Shown here piece by piece: positions 1 to 14,300 of a stretch of DNA of 64,000 nt. Origin of the DNA: Phoronis australis (Eukaryota > Animalia > Phoronida); NCBI GenBank assembly GCA_002633005.1, contig NMRA01000190.1, forward strand, positions 670,522-734,521. The letters are read 5' to 3'. The position numbers and the translations under genes were made by a program. How positions within the stretch are numbered: the first letter of the stretch is position 1; each line of letters begins with the position of its first letter. Below the pieces are notes generated by a model. The model had not been told where the DNA came from, did no database searches, and saw nothing but the letters and a program-made list of their open reading frames with translations.

Positions 1-969
1 CATTTCAGAATCGTTTTTATAACCCAATTAGTCAATGATTTCTGAATGCAGAATGTTAATTCATTATGACATCCTTTTCTGTCTGGCGTTGTTTACTTGC
101 AAGTTTGTCTTTGGATTGTTAACAGTGCAAAATCCAGTGACTTAAGTAGGACCCCATCATAATAAGGAAGATCCTACCTCAGAAACGGTCTATCACAATC
201 ATACGAAACTTTCAGATACAATGCTCTATGCACTTCTAAAAACGCTGTTGTGTGGTTTTTTGAAATATTGTTAAAAGCAACTAAAACGAAATAACATTTT
301 AGAAAACCGTAACAATGTTTTTGACATCTACCTTGAATATCGAGGAAATTTGATTATGTGAATGATATCGCCATTTTGCTACCAATGTATCTTTCATTTT
401 TGCTAAATTTTATTAAAAAGACATGGTTGTGTGGCCCAATTAATATTAAACTGATAAAAAGTTAAATCCTACAGTCTTCATGCTTTCATAAAATAGACTT
501 GATCAGTTAGATTTATGGCTAAATATGCACTTGTCGATAAGGCATTGGTCATTCCAAGCCTTGATGAATTGAGATTAAACAAGTTTTCAGAAGTACATTG
601 TGCATTTCGTTCAATGATGTTTTTGACTTGGGGGCCCATATATCTGTAGTGCGAATGACGAGACTAAGAAACAGAAATTTGGTGTTGCATTCCACACAGC
701 TATTTCAGAAAACCAAAGTTCACGAGCAATTGTGTAGTTTGAAATTGACAATCAAACCTTTAACGGTGTGTATGAAATGAGAGTTGAGAAATCCTAGAAC
801 ATCAAAATTTATGTAATCTGCACACACCATTACAGTTGTAAAAAGAGTCCAGCAACTCTTGATCAATGAAATTTTAAAAATATAAATCTCATGAAGAACT
901 CAATATCACAACTAAAAACATGATCATCAAAATCTAAATAACCATCAAAACGTCAATATCTGATAACTA

Positions 970-1213
970 CAGGGCTTGGAATTTTCCTCTTGTAAGAGGA
1001 TTTTCTCTTTTTGGTTTCGATTTCCTCTTTTATTTCCAGTGTCCTCTTTTTCGTGTCTCGTTTTTTAATCATTATTTTGACTTTATTCATGCAAATACTT
1101 TTATTTTCTTAAATTTTGTAACGCAGAAAATGTTTCTATCACACAAACCTATTTTTTATGGAACGATTAACCTGGAAATTTTTCCTCTATGTCACTGGTC
1201 ATTCCAAGCCCTG
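970..1213. mobile_element. Small MITE (hAT-like CAGGG termini)
   Basis: TIR CAGGGCTTGGAAT / ATTCCAAGCCCTG with a 6-bp flanking duplication TAACTA (964-969, 1214-1219). Confidence 0.75.
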
Positions 1214-2332
1214 TAACTATCACGTTTGCAATGCAAAAAAAATAAGCACTGATAGTAACAACATTGCCTGCTACTTCAAAAAAAAGCCAATAATTTTGGC
1301 ATATTGTAACTTAATTACTGTCATAATCCTTGACACTAGAAACTGGAGAAGTCTAGCACAGACCAATGTACACTAAACATGACTCAACAGAACCAGCTGA
1401 GAAGTCCTGGACACAATGTGGACATAAACGGTAGACTATTGAAAAACTACAGTTTGGGACACAACATGGCAGACAGTTGAAATTTATTTTCACACAAGTT
1501 ATATAGCAAAATGCTTTACAATATTCAAGTTTTATACATCCACCATGAAACAAAATCTGGAAAACTGGGAACTCGCATCAATGTAAAAAGACCTTAATTA
1601 AGATAAAAGGGCATTTTTTGCAATTATTTTTACCCGAAATTGGTTAGATTTTACCTAATGAATATTTTCTGTACGTCTTCCATTCTTCAATAGTTGGTAA
1701 ATCAAATTACTGGATGCCTTGTTGAACATGCATGCCGTTACTGATGTCAAGAAGCTGAGGTATCTCAATCTACTGATATTATGTTTCACTAATGGCTATA
1801 CACAACAAAGGCGAAAGCAAACGGACAAACAACTGCGAAGCAATCAATCTTAATGACCCCTAACAGTAAAGACGCACTGCACACACAATGGCGGCACATA
1901 TCTTGTGTGACTATTATTGTGGAGCATGTATATTGTTTTAAGGGGGAATTGCTGTTTGTTTCAAGTTAGTAGAGAGAAATATGGTAAAATTTCACTATTA
2001 TGACACCATATGGCAGACGAGGGGAAATTTAATTTTTTTTTTACAAAAGATGAGTAACACCATAGCAACCATCAGACAATGTTTTGAGAAATTATGGGCA
2101 TTTACAACAACGCCCGGGAGCTCTGAAAATTTAAAAAATTCAATTTTGGACATTATTTTTACCAGAAATTGGCAAATTTTACGACATGTAAAGGTAAAAA
2201 GGAATGGTGCCCTTAAACAGCAAAATGTGCCAAAATGTTTTGCTTCAGACTGATTTTTTTGTGATTCCAAAACAGTATGTAATATGCCTCTAAGATATCG
2301 TTGGCTTCTTTTCTGCTCCTTATCTTGACAAA

Positions 2333-2392
2333 TCAGTCCATCTTCAACACATTCTGAACACTGTTAGGAAGATATCTCCCAACTCCAAGCAG
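2333..2392 (-). CDS. ALDH3A2: Probable terminal ALDH3 coding exon [19 protein letters not shown]
   Basis: tttacag acceptor, phase 0, in frame to TGA; continues the hydrophobic anchor. Confidence 0.65.
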   Translation of the reverse strand: MLGVGRYLPNSVQNVLKMD

Positions 2393-5300
2393 CTGTAAAT
2401 AAAAGAAGTTTCAATATCATGTGTCCATAATCTTATATCTGGCATCAAGACTCCCACGCCAATTACCTACCATACTTAAAAGAGTTACTGAAACCCAATA
2501 GAAACGTGCATGAATACATTGAAGGTGAACACGTCTTTAATGTGAAGATTGCATAATTTTTTTATTAATTTTTATCGTATTTCTTCTGAGGCAAATTCTC
2601 CTGCCCTAACTTTTCACAAGAAAGTCAATCTTAGATGCTGAATAGTTAAAAAATCAAGTTTCAGTCCCCCAATATTGCAATCTTCCTCAGCTAGTGTTTT
2701 ATTGTTGTCTTCTCAGCGCTAATGTGGTAATTGATCTGCTCCACACAAAAGGAACTTATGTCAGTGTTCGTGATATCGAGCATTGACTACGGTCACGATT
2801 CTTGTACAATAACTTAAGTTTTACTACACCGCGTTTCTATCCCAGAACAAATTTAACCATTTCCAAGTCACAGTCAATTAACATTTGTTCAGTGAAAGTC
2901 CTACCTTGACAAAAAGTGCAATCAATGTTGACACAATGAAGAACGGTAGGAATCGTCTGAAGCCTTTCTTCTTCAGATTCACCTTGATGAGGTTGTTAGC
3001 CATCTTCATCTTCTTGTCTGAGAATGGTGGATATCTTACGCTACAAACACAACGAACAGATTGAAACATTTTTGGCAGACGTTCACCAAAAACTTTCAAA
3101 ATGTCTGCTTGTATCTGAATAATTGGCTTATAATAAAGTTAAGCACTTTTATCCGACAATCTGCGGGTGACAGGAAACAACTGTTTTGAGGTCTCTAGAG
3201 GTGATGAGTAAAATATAAATCATTTACTCAGAAATGTAGCATTAAAGAGGTTATATTGATTGCAATCAAGAAGCCCAGAATGAGCCGAGATCAAGGACTA
3301 CAACTCCCAATACATGACACTGTAAGCCACATTTCAAGACCTAAATGATCTCGTTGCAACTTCCGAAAGACTAACCAACCTCAGCAGAGGTTCGTCAAGT
3401 GTAGTCCTATGGAGGAAGGCTTTCTTGTGTGAGAACGTCTCATAAGTGAAGCGGCCATGGTAACCACCTCCCAATCCACTGTAGCCTACGCCACCAAAAG
3501 GTAATGTGCGCACTGGAATGACGAGCAATGTGATATACACAACAGCCAGTTCAGTCAAAAATCACCCGAACAGTCTGACAGGAGTCACCCTTGCCCTTTC
3601 AACATGAGCAATCCGAGCACATACATGCCACATGTGAACACACATAGACCCTATTCACGCTGACAGGAGGCGCGTTCCAAAACGAGGCTCGCTACGATAG
3701 CTCTGTTAGCTTATCGGCATAGGAGTCTGTGTTTCAGTCCGTGTTGTTCCCCAAACGGCTAGAAAAAATACGGACACGCTTCACAATCTCTAAAGACGTT
3801 TAGATTCGGAAGCGTTGGGTCGTTGCCATACGCCGACGAAGCAAAATATGTCCGTGTAAAATAAATGTTTTCGAAAAGTTAGATCATATTTTGTCGCGTC
3901 TCGGTCAGTTGTCAAGCATCATAGTAACGACCGGAGAATGGGCCAGCCAGGTTGTATTTTCATGACAACGGAATGGGGGGGGGGGCTAAAATTGTATCAG
4001 ATCCCATTTTTGAGTTCGGGTGCGAATTGCTGATTAGCACACGTGCGCAACCAGGGGGTCTTGGGGGGTGAATAAACAACGCATAGGCGCTGAATGAACC
4101 CCGTTTACCGTTTTTTTTTAGTCAACAGGTCAGCAAACCCAAGAATTCAAGACCCCTGCTTCCCCAGATTTTAGGCTGGGTGCGCGCATCTGCCGAAATG
4201 CTGCTTATTCCTGTGCCTGCCCCCCCTAATTCAAAATCCTGGATCCGCCCCTGCTACGGGTTGAAACATTATAATTTTTCTTTCCAAAAAGGACAGAGCC
4301 CTCAATCCCTCAAATTTAGGGCCCAATATCGGCCCTATTCCCCTCTCAAAAATATTGAAATATCACGCGAAATTCCCCCCACGAGGCACAAAAATTCCCC
4401 TAGTGAAAAATCTCTCTGAGTTCACATAACCTGTAACCACACAGGTGACAATTTTTAAGAGCACAAAAGGCTACTTTAAAATGAGACAGAGCCTATGAGA
4501 GCTTGCAACAGGGCGGGGGTGCTATTGATGGTGATCGGGAGGTAGACTGTTCCCGCCCTCACTCTGCGAAAAAATCGCCTCTCAGTAGGCACTAGCACCT
4601 TTCCCCTCGGATGAACGAGGTTTCTGCAGAAACATGATAACTATGATTTCATTGTCCAGTTAACTGAAATTGAGTTCTAAAACGAGGTTACGTTTTGGAC
4701 GAACAAATTAGGTGTTTTAATTTTAAAATTCAACTTGGTCCAAATTGATACTTGAAATCTAACACATGAAATAGACGTAAGAATTATTACAACCAAGAAA
4801 GCAGAATTGATGGTCAAATAATTTTTATTTTCAATTACGAGTCTGGTTTATTATTTTAATAAAAAATATATTTAATAACATCAATTATTCTTTCAGATCA
4901 ATGACAAATCAACTGTTAGTCCCAGGGAGTGCATAGGATCAGGCTATGCTTGATTTTAATATTCTTGATCAACAAATTAAACCAGATGTGACTAATTGCA
5001 CATGACAGCCACCACTGTCGAATATGTCTTAAACTCGTCAACAATACGAGCAGATGACCTGGTCCGCGTAGAAAGTATTTTGATCAACAATTTACAAGAA
5101 AAAAGTAACCCTGCATTCAGCATAATACCTAATCCGTAACACTACGATCGCCGCAATTTGGCCATATTTACTTTTCATATTTCGAACCTAGTTTTCCGAA
5201 AAAAATTAAACCCTTTCGTCAGACAACTCTTTGACGCCTTAACTTGTTCTCTAATGTAATTTTATACGTCTGTGTGGTTTAATTGTTGACACATTATTAA

Positions 5301-8300
5301 AATTCAATATCCAGGTTGGACTCGAAAGACTGGCTATTTAACTCACGCAATGTCTACTTTCGCTTTGTTTATCGCAGTGAGCCTCGCTTTGGATTTTAAT
5401 ATCTGCCGCGTGAATAGAGTCTATGTATGTCACATGTGAACACACATGCATGCCAGATGTGAACAGAAGTTGACTTGGAATCAGTTGACACAAAGGTGGG
5501 AATTTTGTACACATTGTTGAGTAAGAGCAAGCTGCACCTGGTCATCTTGTCCTGTGTGAACTGCCCGTCTGACACAAATTGCCCCAGTGAAATAGTGGTA
5601 CTCTCTTTAGCACCACTGTAAACTTGAATGCATTGAAACATGAAAATAGAAGTTAACACAGGTCAACATGCACCATTTCAATTTGTTTTGGATCAAAATT
5701 TATTGTGAAAACAAAACACCGTATTACTCACTACAAAGTCTGCCAAATTCTGTCTATTTCATTTTGAAATTTACTGTTACTTAAAACTAAATTTTGTTCT
5801 ATTAAGCTTGGCTAAGACAGAAATAAAATTAGCCTTTTAACTTTTACAAAATTGTACTTGTTTTCTGTTATCAAGGAGAACATACAAACCTTTAGCAGGC
5901 CATGAAATTTATCAGAAAATCTACCCAGAAATTCTAAAATGATGCAAAGAAAATTCCAAAAAAAACATGCCACATTGCACAACAATGACCATTTTCCACA
6001 GCAATCAGCTGTTGATTTTGGCTCTTCAAATGACTAAAGTGACAGCTAGACAGGACAGGATGCAGCTTTAAGTGGTTAATAAACACAACCATTTTGCTTG
6101 CAAGTCAATTCTGCTCACCTGAGCCTTGCATCATGCAGTCATTCACACAGATGGAGCCACTGGATGTGGATGACTGAATTTTGTTGATGGCCTTCTGGTC
6201 TTTAGAGAAGATGTACATGGCAAGAGGCTTTTCTCTGTTGAAGGAAAAAAACTTTGTTGTGTGAATTTTAACAGAGGTTTTAAAATCTAATGTTTACTGT
6301 AATAGTTTTAACCTGCTGAGAAAGTTTGTGGCGGTACGTTGCCACATTTTGAGACTATCAACATTTCTTTAGCACAACTTATGAAAGTCCAAGAGAAAAA
6401 AAAGGCACACTTCCGATGGCCACAGATTTTAACTAAACACAGTAGCCGTTCACGAGATACATGTTGTGTGTAACTTCTACGTTGATCAGATACGAAATGT
6501 TACCTTTTGCATGCGAAAAAAGCAACAAACCAAAAACAAAGTTTATTACAAAGCAAAAGACTTGGAGAACTTCGAATTCATTTTAACAAGCAACGAAACC
6601 ACAAAGTGAGTATTATTCAGTTACTCAATGAAGTATGCACGTTACATAAACACCACATTACATATACTGTACCTATCATTGATGTATGAGATAGCCTCGT
6701 CCACATCACGTACTGCCATGCACAGTACATAAACACCACACTACATATACTGTACCTATCATTGATGTATGAGATAGCCTCGTCCACATCGCTTACTGCC
6801 ATAATGGGAAGGATGGGTCCAAAAATCTGGGAAACAAAAGTTTTATCGATTTCAAAGATTTACGAGAAACAATTAATATTCTGCCAAGAGATTCATTAAA
6901 ATCATGTTTATTACCGGTATCCTTTAAATTACAATGGAATTCGATGTACCTTGCATGCAGACACCCTCCCTATATGCGTTGATGTAGCTATTAAAAAAAT
7001 CCAAGTTTTAATTTAGTGATATCAAGTTGGTTTCAAATTGCTTTTCAGTCAAATTGGAGGTGATTCCAGGGCTTTGAGATTTGACAGTTTGTTATCACTC
7101 GAGACCTGACAGGCATGACATCGATGTACCCAGGATAATCTCAAGAAATAATGAGCAGTCAGTTCTTTTCAAACCAGAAATTGCTTTTCAACTGCGTAAG
7201 GAACAAGTTAAGACCCACTTTGTAGCATTAAGTGGCCTAAATCAAAAGTGTGCTTCTTGGATAGATTGTGGATTTAGAGTTGCTTTAGGAAATTTTGAAC
7301 ACTTGCTTCATAGTTCCATTAAAATTTACATCATAAATTGGTGAGGTATAACAGCCCCAGGAAGTCCATAACAAAAAGTATGCAAGCCCTTGCTTTATAA
7401 TTATCAAAGGTAAACAAATTTGATTAAAGAAGATTTTTCTATAGCCCCCATTCAACCATATACCTGTCAATAATTCTACATACAACTCTCTTTTGACATA
7501 ATAAATACCATATAGTAAATATTGTCAATTTAGGACAAAATATGGCGAGAAGGTGAATTTTATTTTCTCATTTTTATAAAAGATAAGCACCATAAAATCA
7601 ACAAGTAACTGTTTTCAAGATCAGTACCACACCTACCATCAAATAATATATAACAAAAACCTCACATATGGTTTCAATCAAAATTTTTTTTGGCGGATCT
7701 TTATCATATTTCTTCAAATATGATCCTAACTTAAATTTTTGGGAGACACTCAAATTCAAAAGACAGACAGTCTCAAAACTCCCCACTTTTAATCAGTATA
7801 TCAGTATATTTTAGCCAGTGTTTAATTGTTGAAAACCATCGCTAATTTGGCGATTTCTCTACTCCACACAACAGGACTTTAGATCAAATAATCTGAAAGT
7901 GTGATGTCAACGTACTGGGGTAGTCTAGATCCCATCATTTTGGTTCTAACCCTTGCCACTTCTCTATAAGAAATTACATTAATTCAAAAGTTTTTACTGG
8001 AAAATCACCATTTTAGCACTGTGGTCAATATGCTAGTCTGTATGATTGATTCACAGATGCTGCGACACGAGCTTCTAATCAGGTATTAAAAAGTTACTTG
8101 TGTTGAAATTGGCTGGTTTTCATAAATGTGCTTAAGTGTAATTGAACACTGGTCACCACCATATCGTTCATATCTTAGTTTGGAGAAGCTGCTAGGGGCA
8201 TACAAGGGAACAGGCCACGGCCATTTTGTTTGTCTCCAATATGGGTAATTACTAGTCGAGAGGTGTAGCGTAATCAATATTCGTCCCTGCTGTCTGATGA

Positions 8301-11300
8301 ACAGGCCTCTTGATGACATCAGAAATTGTACAAATCTATTGAGAAAGCACAAGGTGCTGTGATACAGGCCGTGTTTCTGATGTTTTGAAAATTGTGTAAA
8401 TTCATAACAATGTGGCCATGTTTCTGATGTTTTGAAAATTGTGTAAATTCGCGAAAATGTAAGAAGTCTCTCAAATAAGAAAAATGGGCCATTCTCTGTG
8501 ATTAATCTTAGGGCTGTTCCAGTAAAATCCGTGTGGGAGACAGCAGCAGAAATAAAAATTCATGGGTGGTGGTCTTCAGAAAAAAACTCAAATTATGGGT
8601 GGTTGTTCCTGTAACAAGTGATGCATTAAAAATGGGTGGTATTTTTGACCTGTTAATGTTGACAGGTTGGTTACTTCAGCTGTCAAAACTAAAAAAAATG
8701 CAATTGGCATATATCCTAACTTATCCCAATACAAAAAAGCCCGTATTGCCAGTGAACCAAGTGCAAAATGTTCATTAAGCCATTAATCAAGTCATGGGCA
8801 ACTTGATTTGAGCCAACAGTTTGTCTGCAGTCCTATTGAATTGAAAAGTTATGCAACACTAAACTGGTGTTAACACATATAAGAAAATTGATGATTTTTA
8901 ACTAAAAAGTATGAGGAGTAAGATAAACAAGTTCCAATATTCACTTGACATAGAAGTATAAAAGAGTTCGGAGACAGTTTGAGATTCATAGATCCTTATA
9001 ATTGAAAAAATGTTCATTGAAATTATAGACACATGGTGAACAGAGACACCTGGTGGCTGCACAAAGTATTGCTCACAGGCTACTTTAGTTTTTGACAATA
9101 TTGGACAAGACAACTAGTTCTTGTCTGTCAATCATCTAAAGTCTTAACAGGTCCTCCTAGAGGCAATTTGTTTGCAAGTGTTGGATTTTATATTTTAACC
9201 TATTAAAATAATTACAAATTATGGGTGATGGGTTGGAAAAATAAATGAAAAATATGAGCGGTGGGTACGAAATAAAAGTGCCTTCCCCCCTCCCATACAG
9301 GTTTTGCTGGAACAGCCCTTAACTGAAATTGGTGATGTTTTACCATAAAGCAAACTCAAAGGGGAACAAAACATGACAGTAAACCAGCACCCTTACCTCG
9401 TTCTGCATAATCTCATCATCCCGCGACACATCTACCAGATAGGTTGGCTCTATGTAGAGGTCATCCTCATCACTTCGTCCTCCGTATATTGTGCCAGACT
9501 GGCTGTCCAGCAACTTTTTCAGTCGACTGGGTAACAATAACACAAATACTATGTTTGATTTCACAACCACCACACTGCCCCTGAACATTTTAATTTTCAT
9601 TCTCCAGTATAGAAGCAATGTAATGAATTATGCTTTGTTACTAGACAGCCATTGGTTGACCGCATTCAGTGTTCATAAATAGGGATTCAACCAGCATTTT
9701 CATAAATTCTATGCAACCATCATGCTGTCAAATAACCAATGCTTTGTGGTGGGTTATTCAAATAGTTCACATCAAAATCTCTAATATCTCAAAATGCCCG
9801 TGAAAGAAATTGGGTCTCGTTCTTGTCAACTCCGCCCGTCTTGCACATTGGAATTTGAAAATGGAGCAAACGACAGTCACTTTTGTGATTTCACAATGCT
9901 AAAACTTGAATGCTGCATGTTTGGTATTGCTTGTACTGACCAGAATGCAAAGGCTGCATTTGATTCTCACTTTAGGGTCTGTCTGTTGGGTCAACCAGCT
10001 ATGACATCTGATTGGTTCTTGACCAGTTGACCCAGCAGAACCAGGGGAGAAAGTCAAGCGCACTCATTGGCTTAGTTGACATAGCTTGCTCTCACTAAAG
10101 ACTGACTGTGAATAGATGACCTGAGGTTATCAACTATCACCTGCAATGGATTCCTTTGTGCTTTGGCACCGTCTAAATTGCTGTTGTATGAAATTTAAAT
10201 CATTAGTGGTGAAATTAATGGCAAAACCACCACAGTGATTCTTGAAGTCACTGCAACGACTTCGAGGGACTCCCGAAGTTCGAGAGTACAGCAATGTCTG
10301 ATTCTGCTAATATGAAGGGAATACATAGCTTTCTGTGAATTTCAAGTCTTTTATTATGTCTACATTACTACAACTCAACTCATCAGGAAAAGATCGATAA
10401 CCAAAGTTTCTTCATGGCAGGTTACTTCAAATCACCTTCAGATTTTCATTAATTGCAGAATTGTGCCCACTCACGCAATCAGGTAAGTTGAGCACATATT
10501 AACTATCAGTTTCAATTAATAAGGTAATAAAGCGTGCATCAAAAACTCACAACCAGTGTCGCCGGCTGCCAATTCGTCCGTAGCTGTCAGATGTTTGAGG
10601 ATTTTCACCAAAGAATTCCTTCGTCTGCTTAACTAATGCTTCAACAAGTCTTTGCTATGAAAAGTAGCACAAATAAGTTAACTTTGTGTACATACAAATA
10701 GAGACAAAGCCAGTTCATTCTTTGCTTTTGTACAGGACAATGAAGCCAACGAATCTTTATTTAAAATATTAAGGAAATACTTGATTATAAGACCAATATT
10801 ATCGTGAAACTCGTCCTACTCAACATTTTGCAACACCCTTTTACACTCTTTCACATATTTACCCAATTTTGAGTCTCAATTTGATGATCAAGTTCACTTT
10901 TTTTCAACAAGTATTGGTTGCGAAAGTTGATTGCATAACAAAATTTGAATTTTAAACATAACTTTTGAAATGCATAGATTTGATAAGGGCACTTTGACTT
11001 ATTTTCCAAGCTTTCCTCTCATTTCTCCCTTTCCTTCGTCCTTGTCCCCCCACCTCCTCACTCCCTCCTATACCTTACCCACTTACTCCNNNNNNNNNNN
11101 NNNNNNNNNNNNNNNNNNNNNNNNNNNNNNNNNNNNNNNNNNNNNNNNNNNNNNNNNNNNNNNNNNNNNNNNNNNNNNNNNNNNNNNNNNNNNNNNNNNN
11201 NNNNNNNNNNNNNNNNNNNNNNCCACTCCATTCTCCCTCTCCCTTTCTCTCACCCCATTTCACCCTCCCACCCCTGTTCTCAGTCCCTCCCTTACTCCCT

Positions 11301-14300
11301 GACACCCCCTTAATCCCCCTGTATTGGCTAAAAATCACCTACCTTCACTTTACCGGTGACCATAACATAATCAGGAGCAATGCAAGTCTGACCAGTGTTC
11401 GTGAACTTGCCCCAGATGATGCGCTTAGCAACCACGTCAAAGTTTGTGTTGGAGGCATCCACAATACAGGGACTGAAAAGCAGATGCCCAGTAAAAAATG
11501 ATAAACAAGACGATTAATTGTGACGAGAACAGCAGTAACATAAACAAGTGCAGTAATAGTCGTTCAATAAATTCATGAAGCTTGAAAAATTCTTACTTGC
11601 AAGATTGACCAAGCCAAGAATTATGCAGCTTATTCAAGCTTGATCAATACCATTTTAACTTCTTAGGTCTACCTTATACAAGATTCCACAACAAACTTGC
11701 AAGCAATGAAGCAGGCGACTTTATTTTAGTGCCCCAGTGTATGGCATGAGCTGTGTTGTCACGCAGGTCATGGGATACGTTTCTTTTGATCATCATTTCG
11801 TAAGAAAACAAAATTTGCTTGTTGATGGAATTCACTGAAGATTGACAACACTGCTTAAAGTACAGTATCTGGAAGTTTCATATGAATCCGATTGGCCATT
11901 TCTGAGATATGATGTTCCGAAATTAGCTAAATCAGGACATTTTTCTGGGGTCCTACAAAACCTTAAATTTATTGCGCATTGGATTTCAGCAGAAACAATA
12001 AGTATTACCTCTTGCCTCCCATCTCCAGGGTAACGGGGGTCAAGTGCTTGCTGGCAGCCTCCATGACAATCTTGCCTACAGTACTACTCCCTGTATACAG
12101 AATGTAGTCCCATCTCTCCTTCAACAGGGCGGTGGTCACTGGAACGTCGCCATTGATCACTTGAATACATTCCTGAAACACAGCAACAGCCAGTCAAGGA
12201 ACAATGTAATGATCTCAATAGATTCACTGACTGAAATGATACTTTAGAAGAAAGAAAACTTCAAACAATGTTTGCAGTAGAGATTTCTTCAGTTTGCCCA
12301 CAGGCACATTAATTTCCAGTGATTCATACAGTAACAACACAAAAACATAAAAGCTGGAGACTATAACTTTACTGAGCCTGATCTCAAAACTTTGATGATG
12401 AGTTCTGGATATTTACAAACATTGTATTGTGTTAGTGTACGTCTTTCACACAACTCATGTTGCCAGGAATGTAGAACTCAGTCCATCAACTACGGTATCG
12501 CCATCTAGCAACAAGGCGTGTCAAAAAATGGCTGTTCTGTCAATAATTCAGTTTCGCTCTGAAATACTGAATCAAAAGTGCTGTGTGACTCACAGTGTCC
12601 ATGTACTTAGGTACAATCTTGGCCAGCAGCTCAGCAGTGTTTTCAGAGATTTCCGAGGGCTTCAACACAACACAGTTTCCTAACAACGAAAAGGATGACA
12701 AAAACTAAAGCATGTGAAATTCCAAAGTGGACATTGCACAGCTCATCGACCCACACCAGCAACACACATTTAGTACTGACTTAGCAAAAGAGATCGAAGA
12801 AAAACAAATTTTCAAAGGACAATAGCTACACAAGGCAATTGGTCACAACAGAATGAAATCTCCCTCCCTCCCCCTCCCTCTCTCTTCGAATCTTTCTTCA
12901 TTACAGAACCTGCACCACCCCTCTTTACATACCACAAAGGTAGTGACAGTACCTTTATGTAAGTAAATAAGCAGTCTCCCAGGGATATGCAAAGGCCTGA
13001 AAAGCACTGTCGCCAGCTGGGCAAGTAAGTCAGACAATCAAGTCACCCAGCCCAAAGTTAGGTTGCTTGGCTTTCGAAATAGTAAGCTTTTCAGGCATCT
13101 AAAGCATCGTTTCGCATTAACACTCCTGTCAAAAGTGCTGCCAAAACGTTAATCAAGTCATTTATTTATTGTGCAGATGCTGCCAGATATTCAGATGGTC
13201 ATATACTAAGTGAGAGTTCCTATNCATGAGCTGTGTTGTCACGCAGGTCATGGGATACGTTTCTTTTGATCATCATTTCGTAAGAAAACAAAATTTGCTT
13301 GTTGATGGAATTCACTCAAGATTGACAACACTGCTTAAAGTACAGTATCTGGAAGTTTCATATGAATCCGATTGGCCATTTCTGAGATACGATGTTCCGA
13401 AATTAGCTAAATCAGGACATTTTTCTGGGGTCCTACAAAACCTTAAATTTATTGCGCATTGGGTTTCAGCAGAAACAATAAGTATTACCTCTTGCCTCCC
13501 ATCTCCAGGGTAACGGGGGTCAGGTGCTTGCTGGCAGCCTCCATGACAATCTTGCCCACAGTACTACTCCCTGTATACAGAATGTAGTCCCATCTCTCCT
13601 TCAACAGGGCGGTGGTCACTGGAACGTCGCCATTGATCACTTGAATACATTCCTGAAACAGCCAGTCAAGGAACGATGAAATGATCTCAATAGATTCACT
13701 GACTGAAATGATACTTTAGAAGAAAGAAAACTTCAAACAATGTTTGCAGTAGAGATTTCTTCAGTTTACCCACAGGCACACTAATTTCCAGTGATTCATA
13801 CAGTAACAACACAAAAACATAAAAGCTGGAGACTATAACTTTACTGAGCCTGATCTCAAAACTTTGATGATGAGTTCTGGATATTTACAAACATTGTATT
13901 GTGTTACTGTACGTCTTTCACACAACTCATGTTGCCAGGAATGTAGAACTCAGTCCATCAACTACGCTATCGTCATCTAGCAACAAGGCGTGTCAAAAAA
14001 TGGCTGTTCTGTCAATAATTCAGTTTCGCTCTGAAATACTGAATCAAAAGTGCTGTTAATTGAACACCACTAGGCCCTACTCACAGTGTCCATGTACTTA
14101 GGTACAATCTTGGCCAGCAGCTCAGCAGTGTTTTCAGAGATTTCCGAGGGCTTCAACACAACACAGTTTCCTAACAACGAAAAGGATGACAAAAACTAAA
14201 GCATGTGAAATTCCAAAGTGGACATTGCACAGCTCATCGACCCACACCAGCAACACACATTTAGTACTGACTTAGCAAAAGAGATCGAAGAAAAACAAAT

